A stretch of 28,826 nucleotides of DNA from Bacteroidota bacterium. Lineage in GTDB: Bacteria; Bacteroidota; Bacteroidia; Chitinophagales; Chitinophagaceae. Position numbers and translations under genes: made by a program. The notes beneath the pieces were generated by a model, which worked only from the letters and a program-made list of their open reading frames with translations, was not told where the DNA came from and ran no database searches. Positions 1 through 8,098 of the stretch are shown here, piece by piece. Position 1 is the stretch's first letter. Each line of letters opens with the position of its first letter. The stretch lies in assembly GCA_018267795.1 (NCBI GenBank), contig JAFDXS010000001.1:1-28826 (forward strand), read 5' to 3'.

Positions 1-28
1 CTATTACTGCCTTAAAGACTATAACCTT

Positions 29-238
29 ATGAAATATAAAATCTATTATCTGCGAGATCTGTCAAGCGTATTTAATAAACAATTCAAAAAGACGGAAATT
101 GATGAATTGATTTTTGCCGACCGGCAAAACCTATTCAATTCTGCTGAAGAAGCCTACACATATATTAGGTCTATTAAGGGAACTATAGGGAATATGACAT
201 TTACGGTGCTGCCTTATATTAAACTGAATCAAGGCTAA
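29..238 (+). CDS. Small hypothetical protein (69 aa)
   Basis: ATG-started ORF with natural-looking composition; its stop overlaps the convergent ORF's stop by 4 bp; no recognisable family. Confidence 0.55.
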   Translation: MKYKIYYLRDLSSVFNKQFKKTEIDELIFADRQNLFNSAEEAYTYIRSIKGTIGNMTFTVLPYIKLNQG

Positions 239-471
239 TCTTCCAGTTCTTCTCTATGTCTTACGCAATGCGCTACTATACCCCAGCTGCTAACAGCTAT
301 TATTACAGATGCTACGATCAGAGGAATGTTGAACGGAATTTCAAAACCTATCTTCTTTTCAAAATCCCAAAAGTTGTTGATGAGTGTAGTAGTGACAGCT
401 AAAAATAGCAGAAAATATAGGCTGGAAAGGACTGCAATAAATATAATCACGTATTTGGCAAACCCTTCCAT
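235..471 (-). CDS. Small two-TM membrane protein (78 aa)
   Basis: Two hydrophobic stretches (YVIIFIAVLSSLYFLLFLAV; IPLIVASVIIAVSSWGIVA) and a charged C-terminal tail. Confidence 0.6.
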   Translation of the reverse strand: MEGFAKYVIIFIAVLSSLYFLLFLAVTTTLINNFWDFEKKIGFEIPFNIPLIVASVIIAVSSWGIVAHCVRHREELED

Positions 472-560
472 ATAGCAATAACGTTTTCCTAATGTAATAT
501 ATTGCTATTTATTCCGATTTACAATTATTTTTATCATAATCAGGATAATTTAATGCGCAC

Positions 561-582
561 AAAAAAGCTCCCCGAAGGGAGC
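561..582 (-). terminator. Intrinsic terminator with C(UUCG)G tetraloop
   Basis: Minus strand reads GCTCCC-TTCG-GGGAGC-TTTTTT: a perfect 6-bp GC-rich stem followed by a U-tract. Confidence 0.8.
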
Positions 583-761
583 CGATTCCACCCATATAAA
601 ACAAGGCACAATATTATAACAAAAAATAAATTTAAGAAAATAGAATTTATATATAATTGCTTTGCAAGAGTAAAAATGGTAATAATTTTTTTTAATCTGC
701 AGATATATTATCTGAAATATCCTTAACATTCTTTTAGTATTTTATTTATTATTTTACATAC

Positions 762-1031
762 ATGCAATTGGTAAAGCTAGGTATCGTTGCTATGGTTGCT
801 TGTTTCTGTTCCTGCCAGCAATCTGAAACGCCTGTTATTTTAAACCAGGTAGTTATACATGATACCATAAGATTACCTTCTTCTCTTTCTTCCACATTAC
901 CTACTTCTACATCTTCGAAGATTGATTCTATGTCTTTTTACAAAGAAAGGATTAATAGTGTGAGAAGACACGGCTCAGCTCTTGCTGAACTCGTGAAAAT
1001 GTACCAGAATGGTAAAAGACTTAGACAATAA
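762..1031 (+). CDS. Small putative lipoprotein (89 aa)
   Basis: Hydrophobic signal ending in CFCS-C, followed by a Ser/Thr-rich linker (PSSLSSTLPTSTSS). Confidence 0.6.
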   Translation: MQLVKLGIVAMVACFCSCQQSETPVILNQVVIHDTIRLPSSLSSTLPTSTSSKIDSMSFYKERINSVRRHGSALAELVKMYQNGKRLRQ

Positions 1032-1280
1032 TCAGTTAAGGGTTGATGGTATTTTATTAGTTTTCTTTCCAAGCGGCGTCAGCAGAATGTATTCTTTTCC
1101 TGTTGCGGCATATTGAATTAGCTTCATATGCTGTAGTATATCCAGGTACACCGTTATTAAAGACTTGCTAAGTCCTGCTTCTTTCGCCACAAAATCTATA
1201 CAATCTTGTTCTTCAAGAGCCTCAATATCCTGACAATGCTTCTTTATTGTTAGAAATACTTTATTAAGATTAGTAAGCAA
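1032..1280 (-). CDS. Small putative winged-helix DNA-binding protein (82 aa)
   Basis: AKEAGLSKSLITVYLDILQHMKLI resembles an HTH; the following YILLTPLGK resembles the MarR/ArsR-type wing (xLTxxG). Confidence 0.55.
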   Translation of the reverse strand: MLTNLNKVFLTIKKHCQDIEALEEQDCIDFVAKEAGLSKSLITVYLDILQHMKLIQYAATGKEYILLTPLGKKTNKIPSTLN

Positions 1281-1485
1281 GATTTCGGTATTGAATAGTT
1301 ACCCTACTAATATACTTACGGAATACCATTTTAAGCATAGTCGAATTAATTATTTATAAATTTCCAATAAATAATTATTATGCGTTATGAATTTTCACAA
1401 TACTATTATTGCCAAAAATATTGACTTAGTTATGTATTTTTTACAATATATAATATTGAGTGGATAAAATTTTATGTATAAAGCA

Positions 1486-3309
1486 TTAATGCAATTCAAA
1501 TTGAATTTTACTCAAGTGCTTGTAAAGCCCGCCCTCGATATTTATTAATTCGTAGTGAGTGCCGGTTTCCCTTATGGCACCCTGCTCCAGCACTACTATA
1601 AGATCTGCATTCCGGATAGTGGATAAACGATGCGCAATAACAAATGAGGTGCGGTTCTTCATTAAGTTTTGCAACGCTTCCTGCACCTGGCTCTCAGATT
1701 CAGAATCAAGAGAACTGGTAGCCTCATCAAGTATTAGTATTACAGGGTCTTTCAATATTGCACGGGCTATGGCTATTCTTTGCCTTTGTCCCCCGGAAAG
1801 CTTTATACCCCTTTCCCCTACTATTGTGTCGTATTGCTCCGGGAAGCTTACTATAAAATCATGTGCATTTGCTTTGGCTGCAGCTGCTTCTACTTCTTCT
1901 TTTGTTACCTCCGGGTTTCCGTAAGCTATATTTTCATATATGGTACCACCAAACATGAAAACATCTTGCGGCACCATAGCCATTTGCTTCCTGAGTTGCG
2001 ACAAAGGAATGCTGTTTGCTGCTTGCCCGTCAAATAGCAATTGACCGCTATCGGGCTCATAAAATCTTAAAAGTATAGATATTAAGGTGCTCTTACCGGC
2101 CCCGCTGGGGCCTATTATGGCTACTTGCTGTCCTTGTCGTGCTTCAAGATTTATATTTTTTAAGGTCTGTGTGTCCTTCCTGCCGGGATAGCTGAAGCTT
2201 ATATTTTGTAAAGAGACATTGCCTGATAGCTTGAATTTGTTTTCTAAATGCAATGGTGTAACAGATACATTTTCAATTGGTTCGTTTAGTAATTCTCTTA
2301 CTCTTTGTGTAGCACCCAGTGTTTTTTGGAGCTGGCTATATAGGTCTGCAAAACCAGCTATGCTGCCTCCTACAAATGCCGTGTAAACTACAAATGCAGT
2401 AAGATCGCCAAAGGAAAGCAACCCATGTTGCATAAGGCCGGCCCCATACCAAACTACCAATACTATGGCACCAAACACACTGAACAATAAAAATGAAACA
2501 AAAAATCCTCTAAAACGGCCATTTCTTACAGCCATGCTCACCATATTATTAATGCTATTGGTATAGCGCTTTATCTCATACCACTCATTAGAAAACGCCT
2601 TCACGTTGCTTATGCCCTGCAGGCTTTCCTGCACTATAGTGCCTGAGTCTGCCAACTGGTCTTGCGCCTGTCTTGCCAGCTTTCTTATGCGTTTGCCAAA
2701 TATTACAGCTATTACTATTATTACCGGCACTACTGACAGCATAAGAAATGTAAGCCTGGCAGATATGAAGAAAATAAGCCCAAGCCCAATGAGCAGTGTA
2801 AGCACGCCTCTTAGTATTTCCGCCAGTATGGAAGTAACAGCATCCTGTATTTGGGTTACATCTGCACTTACCCTGCTCGATAGCTCACCTACCCTGCGCT
2901 GTGCAAAAAAATCCATAGGCATCATTATCAGTCTTTGGTATATTTCTTTCCGCATATCAGCTACGGCATTTTCGCCTACGCTAGTAAACAGGTAGATGCG
3001 CAAAAATGAAAAGATCATCTGCAAGATTAGCACGCACACCATCACCAGTGCTATATTGCCCGGCGTGGCCAGGCTTTTACTATTTGTTATATCATGCGCG
3101 CTGTCTATAAGCTTTTTTAGCAAATAAGGGAACGCCATGGTTGTGCTGCTGGAAAGAGCAATGAAGATAAGGCCGGCTACAAACTGCCCCTTATAAGGCT
3201 TCAGATACCGGAAGATCAGCAGGCTTTCCTTTATACTTTGCTTGCTTATTTTTATTTTAGGCAGGCTTTCTGTAGCGTCATTACCTCTTGGTCGGGCCAT
3301 AGCTGTCAT
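1486..3309 (-). CDS. ABC transporter, fused permease/ATPase (MsbA-like half transporter)
   Basis: N-terminal TM domain; Walker A GPSGAGKST, signature LSGGQRQR, Walker B/D-loop ILILDEATSSLD, H-loop IAHRLS. Start may be 3300 (MARPRG). Confidence 0.95.
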   Translation of the reverse strand: MTAMARPRGNDATESLPKIKISKQSIKESLLIFRYLKPYKGQFVAGLIFIALSSSTTMAFPYLLKKLIDSAHDITNSKSLATPGNIALVMVCVLILQMIFSFLRIYLFTSVGENAVADMRKEIYQRLIMMPMDFFAQRRVGELSSRVSADVTQIQDAVTSILAEILRGVLTLLIGLGLIFFISARLTFLMLSVVPVIIVIAVIFGKRIRKLARQAQDQLADSGTIVQESLQGISNVKAFSNEWYEIKRYTNSINNMVSMAVRNGRFRGFFVSFLLFSVFGAIVLVVWYGAGLMQHGLLSFGDLTAFVVYTAFVGGSIAGFADLYSQLQKTLGATQRVRELLNEPIENVSVTPLHLENKFKLSGNVSLQNISFSYPGRKDTQTLKNINLEARQGQQVAIIGPSGAGKSTLISILLRFYEPDSGQLLFDGQAANSIPLSQLRKQMAMVPQDVFMFGGTIYENIAYGNPEVTKEEVEAAAAKANAHDFIVSFPEQYDTIVGERGIKLSGGQRQRIAIARAILKDPVILILDEATSSLDSESESQVQEALQNLMKNRTSFVIAHRLSTIRNADLIVVLEQGAIRETGTHYELINIEGGLYKHLSKIQFELH

Positions 3310-3325
3310 TCTATTTATATAGATG

Positions 3326-3333
3326 CAAAGCTA
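3326..3333 (-). promoter_or_regulatory. Bacteroidota -7 promoter box for the ABC transporter
   Basis: TAGCTTTG on the minus strand matches TAnnTTTG, 16 nt upstream of the ORF start. Confidence 0.6.
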
Positions 3334-3408
3334 TTTCATGCGGCAGTATGCCGATTATATTAATCGGTAAAACACATTCTTTTATCGGTAAATTATCTGT
3401 ACAAAAAG

Positions 3409-4125
3409 TTATTTGTAGTACTCATACGTGTATAGCAGCAATTGCTTAGGCATGCCAGCTTTCTTATTATCTGTGAAAAGCACTTTGCTGCGGTTACCCT
3501 TTTTATCAGCTCCTAAAGGTTTAAATTCAAAGTGGTAGTTATTCTTCGACAATGAATCAGTAATTACTTCTTTATTTGCACGTCCATTTTTGTCGTAGCT
3601 GAAATTTGTTATAATGCACGCCATCAGTTGGCCATTACTATTATATTTTTTTGTGGTGGTTACCTTATTGCGCATGTCTTTATCCAGCACATGCACTATT
3701 TCATTTTTTGACTCCTTTTCGCTAAAGCTATCTATGTAAGTATTATTATTTACCCAGTTTACAGTAGAGGCACCTATTTCCCTACCATGGTCATCATATG
3801 TCTTTGAGCCTGCTATTTTATCATCTTTATAGCTGAATTTGGTAATTGTACTGGTAACGCCTTTTCTTCCTGCCACCTGGTAGTGCAGATGTTCTATAGC
3901 TGATAGCCTCCCGCTTTCATCAAAATTGTATTTTTCTACATTATAGAACACGGTATCTACCACTATCCAGTCACCATTTACCTGCCTCGTATACGGGAAC
4001 CGTGCTTCTTCCATCATTTTTACTTTGCCTTTCAGTCCATATCGTTTTACATCATTGTCCACATTTTGCGCATTGCACTGATAGGTTAATGCAATAAGAG
4101 AAAGAAGAAAAAAAGCTTTTTTCAT
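3409..4125 (-). CDS. Secreted hypothetical protein with YD/RHS-like beta-hairpin segments
   Basis: Start refined to MKKAFFLLSLIALTYQCNA-Q (signal peptide, then Gln); recurring YxFDxxG/YDxxG-like motifs (YNFDESGRL, TYDDHGRE, SYDKNGRA). Confidence 0.8.
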   Translation of the reverse strand: MKKAFFLLSLIALTYQCNAQNVDNDVKRYGLKGKVKMMEEARFPYTRQVNGDWIVVDTVFYNVEKYNFDESGRLSAIEHLHYQVAGRKGVTSTITKFSYKDDKIAGSKTYDDHGREIGASTVNWVNNNTYIDSFSEKESKNEIVHVLDKDMRNKVTTTKKYNSNGQLMACIITNFSYDKNGRANKEVITDSLSKNNYHFEFKPLGADKKGNRSKVLFTDNKKAGMPKQLLLYTYEYYK

Positions 4126-4327
4126 TTTGTATATATTTCTGAATAGTAGGGCTATAAAATTAATGCTTCTGCACAAAGTTTGTGAAAACTATAAAGATAA
4201 TCGTCCGGATATAACATTTATTAAATAATTGGTTGAATAAGGATTAAAATGCATCTTACAGGAAATGCAGGCTATACTTACCGACAAAACAATGTATTTC
4301 GCCGATTTGTATATGCACTTAAAAAAA

Positions 4328-4346
4328 TGACAATATAGTTTTGTCA
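4328..4346 (+). promoter_or_regulatory. -7 box (TAGTTTTG, 4336-4343) overlapped by the inverted repeat TGACAA-N7-TTGTCA
   Basis: Read directly from the sequence, about 20 nt upstream of the MFS start. Confidence 0.5.
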
Positions 4347-4365
4347 GCAAACATAAATACTCACT

Positions 4366-5604
4366 ATGACTGTAAAGCGTACCAATGCCTTAGGCTTTAT
4401 ATTTATCACTATCCTTATTGATGTTATCGGTTTAGGTATCATTATCCCGGTATTCCCCAAGCTTATACAAGAGCTTACCGGTGCTTCACTCAGCAAGGCC
4501 TCTACTATTGGTGGCTGGCTCAGTGTATGCTATGCCTTTATGCAGTTTCTATGCTCTCCTATTCTTGGTGGTTTAAGCGACAGGTATGGCAGGCGGCCTA
4601 TATTATTAATTGCATTGTTAGGTTTGGGTATCGATTATGTATTCCAGGCAGTTGCACCTACTATTGGCTGGTTGTTCCTTGGCCGGGTTATAGCGGGCAT
4701 GTGCGGTGCCAGCTTCACCACAGCTACAGCATATATAGCAGATATAAGCACACCCGAGAAACGCGCACAAAACTTTGGCCTCGTGGGTGCTGCCTTCGGT
4801 TTAGGCTTTATCATCGGTCCGGCTATTGGAGGCATTTGTGGTCAGTGGGGTGCCCGTGTGCCATTTGTAGTTGCAGCATGTTTTAGTTTGCTCAATTTTC
4901 TATATGGCTACTTCATCTTACCCGAATCACTGGAGAAAGACCATCGTCGCGAATTTAGCTGGAAACGTGCAAATCCTTTGGGCGCAGTAAAGCAACTCCG
5001 GCGCTACCCTATTGTGTCCGGTTTAGTCATTTCATTTACATTGATCTATCTGTCCGGTCAGGCCGTTCAATCTACCTGGGCCTATTTTACAATGCTCAAG
5101 TTCAACTGGAGTACGCAGATGGTAGGCTATTCATTATCAGTGGTAGGTGTGCTCATCGCTTTAGTGCAGGGCGCGCTTATCAGGGTTACCATTCCCAAAT
5201 TCGGCCAGAAAAACTCTGTTTACATAGGGCTTATCCTTTACACCATAGCCCTGGTCCTTTTCGGTTTTGCATCAAAGGGCTGGATGATGTATGCTTTCCT
5301 CGTCCCCTATTGTCTTGGTGGTATCGCAGGGCCAGCCTTACAGGGCATTATTTCATCCCAGGTGCCACATAATGAGCAAGGTGAGTTGCAAGGCGCGCTT
5401 ACCAGTCTCATGAGTCTCACCACTATCATTGGCCCGCTTATGATGAACAATCTCTTTGCCTGGTTTACCAACACAAAGACAGCGCCTGTATATTTTCCAG
5501 GTGCAGCTTTCATCGCAGGGGCAGTGCTTATGTTCGTCAGCATTTTGTTTGCCATACCATCTTTAAAGAGCTATCATTTGTCTATAAAGGAAACTACATC
5601 TTAG
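4366..5604 (+). CDS. TCR/Tet-family MFS efflux transporter (DHA1, TetA-like)
   Basis: About 12 TM segments; MFS motif [12 protein letters not shown]; antiporter motif [13 protein letters not shown]. Confidence 0.93.
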   Translation: MTVKRTNALGFIFITILIDVIGLGIIIPVFPKLIQELTGASLSKASTIGGWLSVCYAFMQFLCSPILGGLSDRYGRRPILLIALLGLGIDYVFQAVAPTIGWLFLGRVIAGMCGASFTTATAYIADISTPEKRAQNFGLVGAAFGLGFIIGPAIGGICGQWGARVPFVVAACFSLLNFLYGYFILPESLEKDHRREFSWKRANPLGAVKQLRRYPIVSGLVISFTLIYLSGQAVQSTWAYFTMLKFNWSTQMVGYSLSVVGVLIALVQGALIRVTIPKFGQKNSVYIGLILYTIALVLFGFASKGWMMYAFLVPYCLGGIAGPALQGIISSQVPHNEQGELQGALTSLMSLTTIIGPLMMNNLFAWFTNTKTAPVYFPGAAFIAGAVLMFVSILFAIPSLKSYHLSIKETTS

Positions 5605-5623
5605 GCAACTAATAATACTTTTT

Positions 5624-5654
5624 ATAAAGGGGTTCACAAAGCCCCTTTATTTTC
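5624..5654 (+). terminator. Intrinsic terminator after the MFS gene
   Basis: ATAAAGGGG-N9-CCCCTTTAT followed by TTTT. Confidence 0.65.
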
Positions 5655-5773
5655 TCATTTAAAGAACCTCGTCCAATATAGTTAGATATGTTATAAGTCT
5701 TATTCGATAATTTATTATTTAAACATTACAGCAAATTTCACATTATACCTAAGGGATTTTTAGACATAAGAAT

Positions 5774-5781
5774 TATCTTTG
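5774..5781 (+). promoter_or_regulatory. -7 promoter box for the acyltransferase-desaturase operon
   Basis: TATCTTTG, 19 nt upstream of the TTG start. Confidence 0.6.
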
Positions 5782-5800
5782 ACCCTATAGAAAAAAATAA

Positions 5801-6679
5801 TTGTCTGTAATCTCTTATTATATAGTATTGCCGTTTATCTATTTGTTATCGGCATTGCCATTTCGTGCATTATACATCCTGTCAAATGGTATGTATGTGT
5901 TTTTGTATCATATTACAGGCTACCGAAAAAAAGTTGTCATTACTAATTTAAAAAACTCTTTTCCTGAGAAGAATGAAGAAGAGATAAATACAATATGTAA
6001 ACAATATTATAGTTATCTCTGCGATCTTTTCCTGGAAACATTTAAAACGCTCACTATTAGCAAAAAAAGCATGCTCAAGCACTGCTACTTTCGTCCCGAA
6101 GCACAAAAGCTTTTTGATCGCCTTGCGGATGAAAATAAAAGTGTGATACTTGTCTTAGGTCATTTGGGCAATTGGGAGTGGGCTGGTAATACATTTAGCC
6201 TTTGTTGTCGGCACCAGTTATACGTTATATATCATCCTTTGCGCAATAAGCAGTTTGATGGGCTGATGTATAAAATGCGTTCGCATTTTGGCACTAAGCT
6301 TATTCCTATGAAAGACACCTTCCGCACTATGCTTGCTCAAAAAAATGAATTAAATGCTACTGCCTTTATTGCAGATCAGACACCCTTTCCTGATAATGCC
6401 TATTGGGTGAAGTTTCTTAACCAGGATACCCCGGTATTTAAGGGCACAGAAATTATTGCTAAAAAGATTAATTATCCCGTAGTCTATGTAAACGTGAGCC
6501 GCGTAAAACGAGGCTACTATGAAATGAATGCTGAAATGCTCTGCGAAAATCCCGCTGCAACCGCAGATGAGGAAATTACGCGGATGCATACCAGTCGCCT
6601 GGAGCAGGATATAATAGCTCGTCCTGAAACATGGCTATGGTCGCACAAGCGCTGGAAACACAAAAGAGTTACTAACTAA
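5801..6679 (+). CDS. Lipid A late acyltransferase family protein (LpxL/HtrB-like)
   Basis: N-terminal TM anchor; GHLGNWE catalytic motif; FIADQ motif; C-terminal PETWLWSHKRWK. Confidence 0.9.
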   Translation: MSVISYYIVLPFIYLLSALPFRALYILSNGMYVFLYHITGYRKKVVITNLKNSFPEKNEEEINTICKQYYSYLCDLFLETFKTLTISKKSMLKHCYFRPEAQKLFDRLADENKSVILVLGHLGNWEWAGNTFSLCCRHQLYVIYHPLRNKQFDGLMYKMRSHFGTKLIPMKDTFRTMLAQKNELNATAFIADQTPFPDNAYWVKFLNQDTPVFKGTEIIAKKINYPVVYVNVSRVKRGYYEMNAEMLCENPAATADEEITRMHTSRLEQDIIARPETWLWSHKRWKHKRVTN

Positions 6680-6701
6680 TATTAAAAAATAAGGAAATTG
6701 T

Positions 6702-7682
6702 ATGAAGACAGGTAAAGAGCTCATATTAGCTACTAAACCTTTCGCAAAGGAAATACGGAGTGAGAGTTGGAAACATACCATTGTGGCCTTCGTGCTTTTA
6801 TTATCTTTTTTGTTTGGTACTTTATTATTGCCTGGCTTTCTGCCTAAGCTTTTGTGCAGCATAGGTGCAGGCCTTATGGTGATACGTACGTTTATTATTT
6901 ACCACGATTATCTACATCATTCTATTCTCAATAAGTCACCGCTGGCACGTGTCATCTTTTCTATTTTTGGTGTATATACGCTGGCACCTGTGAGTATCTG
7001 GAAGCGATCTCACGACTATCATCATAAGCACAATTCCAAGCTGTTTAGCGCAAGCATAGGCTCCTACCCTATAGCTACTAAAAAGAAATTTTTGTCCATG
7101 ACAGCGCGCGAACGCCGTGCTTACCTTGCCACACGTCATCCCATTACTATGTTGTTTGGCTATATCACTATGTTCGTGATTGGTATGTGCCTTAATTCTT
7201 TTTTAAGTTCGCCACGCAAGCATTGGGACTCTTTGCTGGCTTTGTTATTGCACCTTACAGCATCCGTATTGCTTTTTTATTTTGGTGGTTGGCAGGCATG
7301 GTTTCTTACCGCTTTTCTTCCTTTCTTCCTTGCCTTTAGTGTGGGTGCATACTTGTTTTATGCGCAGCATAATTTTCCCGGTGTTACCTTTTCCTCCAAT
7401 ACAGAATGGACATACGAAAGTGCAGCGCTGGAATCTTCAAGCTTTATGGTTATGGGCCCGGTGCTCAACTGGATTACAGCAAATATTGGCTACCACCACA
7501 TACATCACATTAATGCCCGCATACCATTTTATCGCTTGCCTGAGGTAATGGCAGCGATACCTGAGCTCCAGCAAGCGAAAAGAACTTCGTTATCACCGCG
7601 CGATATGAAGAAGTGCATTAAGCTGAAAGTTTGGGATCCGGAAAGGAACCAGTTAATTCCGCTTACTTTGGTAAACCGGTAG
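6702..7682 (+). CDS. Membrane fatty-acid desaturase (Bacillus Des-like acyl-lipid desaturase)
   Basis: Three His boxes HDYLH, HDYHH, HHIHH (IGYHHIHHINARIPFYRL); TM segments; 22 bp after the acyltransferase. Confidence 0.92.
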   Translation: MKTGKELILATKPFAKEIRSESWKHTIVAFVLLLSFLFGTLLLPGFLPKLLCSIGAGLMVIRTFIIYHDYLHHSILNKSPLARVIFSIFGVYTLAPVSIWKRSHDYHHKHNSKLFSASIGSYPIATKKKFLSMTARERRAYLATRHPITMLFGYITMFVIGMCLNSFLSSPRKHWDSLLALLLHLTASVLLFYFGGWQAWFLTAFLPFFLAFSVGAYLFYAQHNFPGVTFSSNTEWTYESAALESSSFMVMGPVLNWITANIGYHHIHHINARIPFYRLPEVMAAIPELQQAKRTSLSPRDMKKCIKLKVWDPERNQLIPLTLVNR

Positions 7683-7795
7683 CGCTACCCTTTTAAAAAA
7701 ATCATGAAAGTATTTTCCTGATTTTCATTATTTTTTTGATTTATAAAATTTATAGTCATACCTTTAGGTTATTACATTTTTTTAATTTAAACACA

Positions 7796-7987
7796 ATGCA
7801 AGAAGGTACAGTAAAATTTTTCAATGAAACAAAAGGTTTTGGTTTCATTAAGCCGTCAAACGGTTCAGCAGACATTTTCGTTCACGTTTCTGGTCTTATA
7901 GATGAGATCCGCGAAAACGATGTTGTAACATTCGAAGTAGAAAACGGAAAAAAAGGCTTAAACGCCGTTAAGGTGAAAGTTAAATAA
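7796..7987 (+). CDS. Cold-shock domain protein (63 aa)
   Basis: Start refined to MQEGTVKFFN; RNP1 KGFGFI and RNP2 IFVH motifs. Confidence 0.95.
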   Translation: MQEGTVKFFNETKGFGFIKPSNGSADIFVHVSGLIDEIRENDVVTFEVENGKKGLNAVKVKVK

Positions 7988-8010
7988 TTTCATACATACG
8001 TTTTTTGTTC

Positions 8011-8038
8011 AAACACGCTCTTGTAGCGTGTTTTTTTT
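8011..8038 (+). terminator. Intrinsic terminator after the first csp
   Basis: AAACACGCT-CTTGT-AGCGTGTTT followed by a T-run. Confidence 0.8.
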
Positions 8039-8063
8039 GCACCTGACATGTCGTTCCAATTTT

Positions 8064-8095
8064 TTTGACAATGCCTGCATTCTTCAGTATCTTGC
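8064..8095 (+). promoter_or_regulatory. Promoter for DUF763 (TTTG/TTGACA ... TATCTTGC)
   Basis: TTGACA (8065-8070), a 17-nt spacer, TATCTT (8088-8093), then only 5 nt before the ATG. Confidence 0.55.
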
Positions 8096-8098
8096 AGT

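Noticed and set aside
502-726. 74-aa plus-strand ORF
   Set aside because: Low-complexity AT-rich translation running through a terminator hairpin and probable promoter DNA; no protein-like features
4366-5604. Acquired tetracycline-resistance element
   Set aside because: No TetR, transposase or integron features; TetA-like MFS genes are commonly chromosomal in this phylum and the substrate cannot be inferred
7736-7795. N-terminal extension of the csp ORF in the track
   Set aside because: It spans the promoter and leader; the Csp fold starts at ATG 7796
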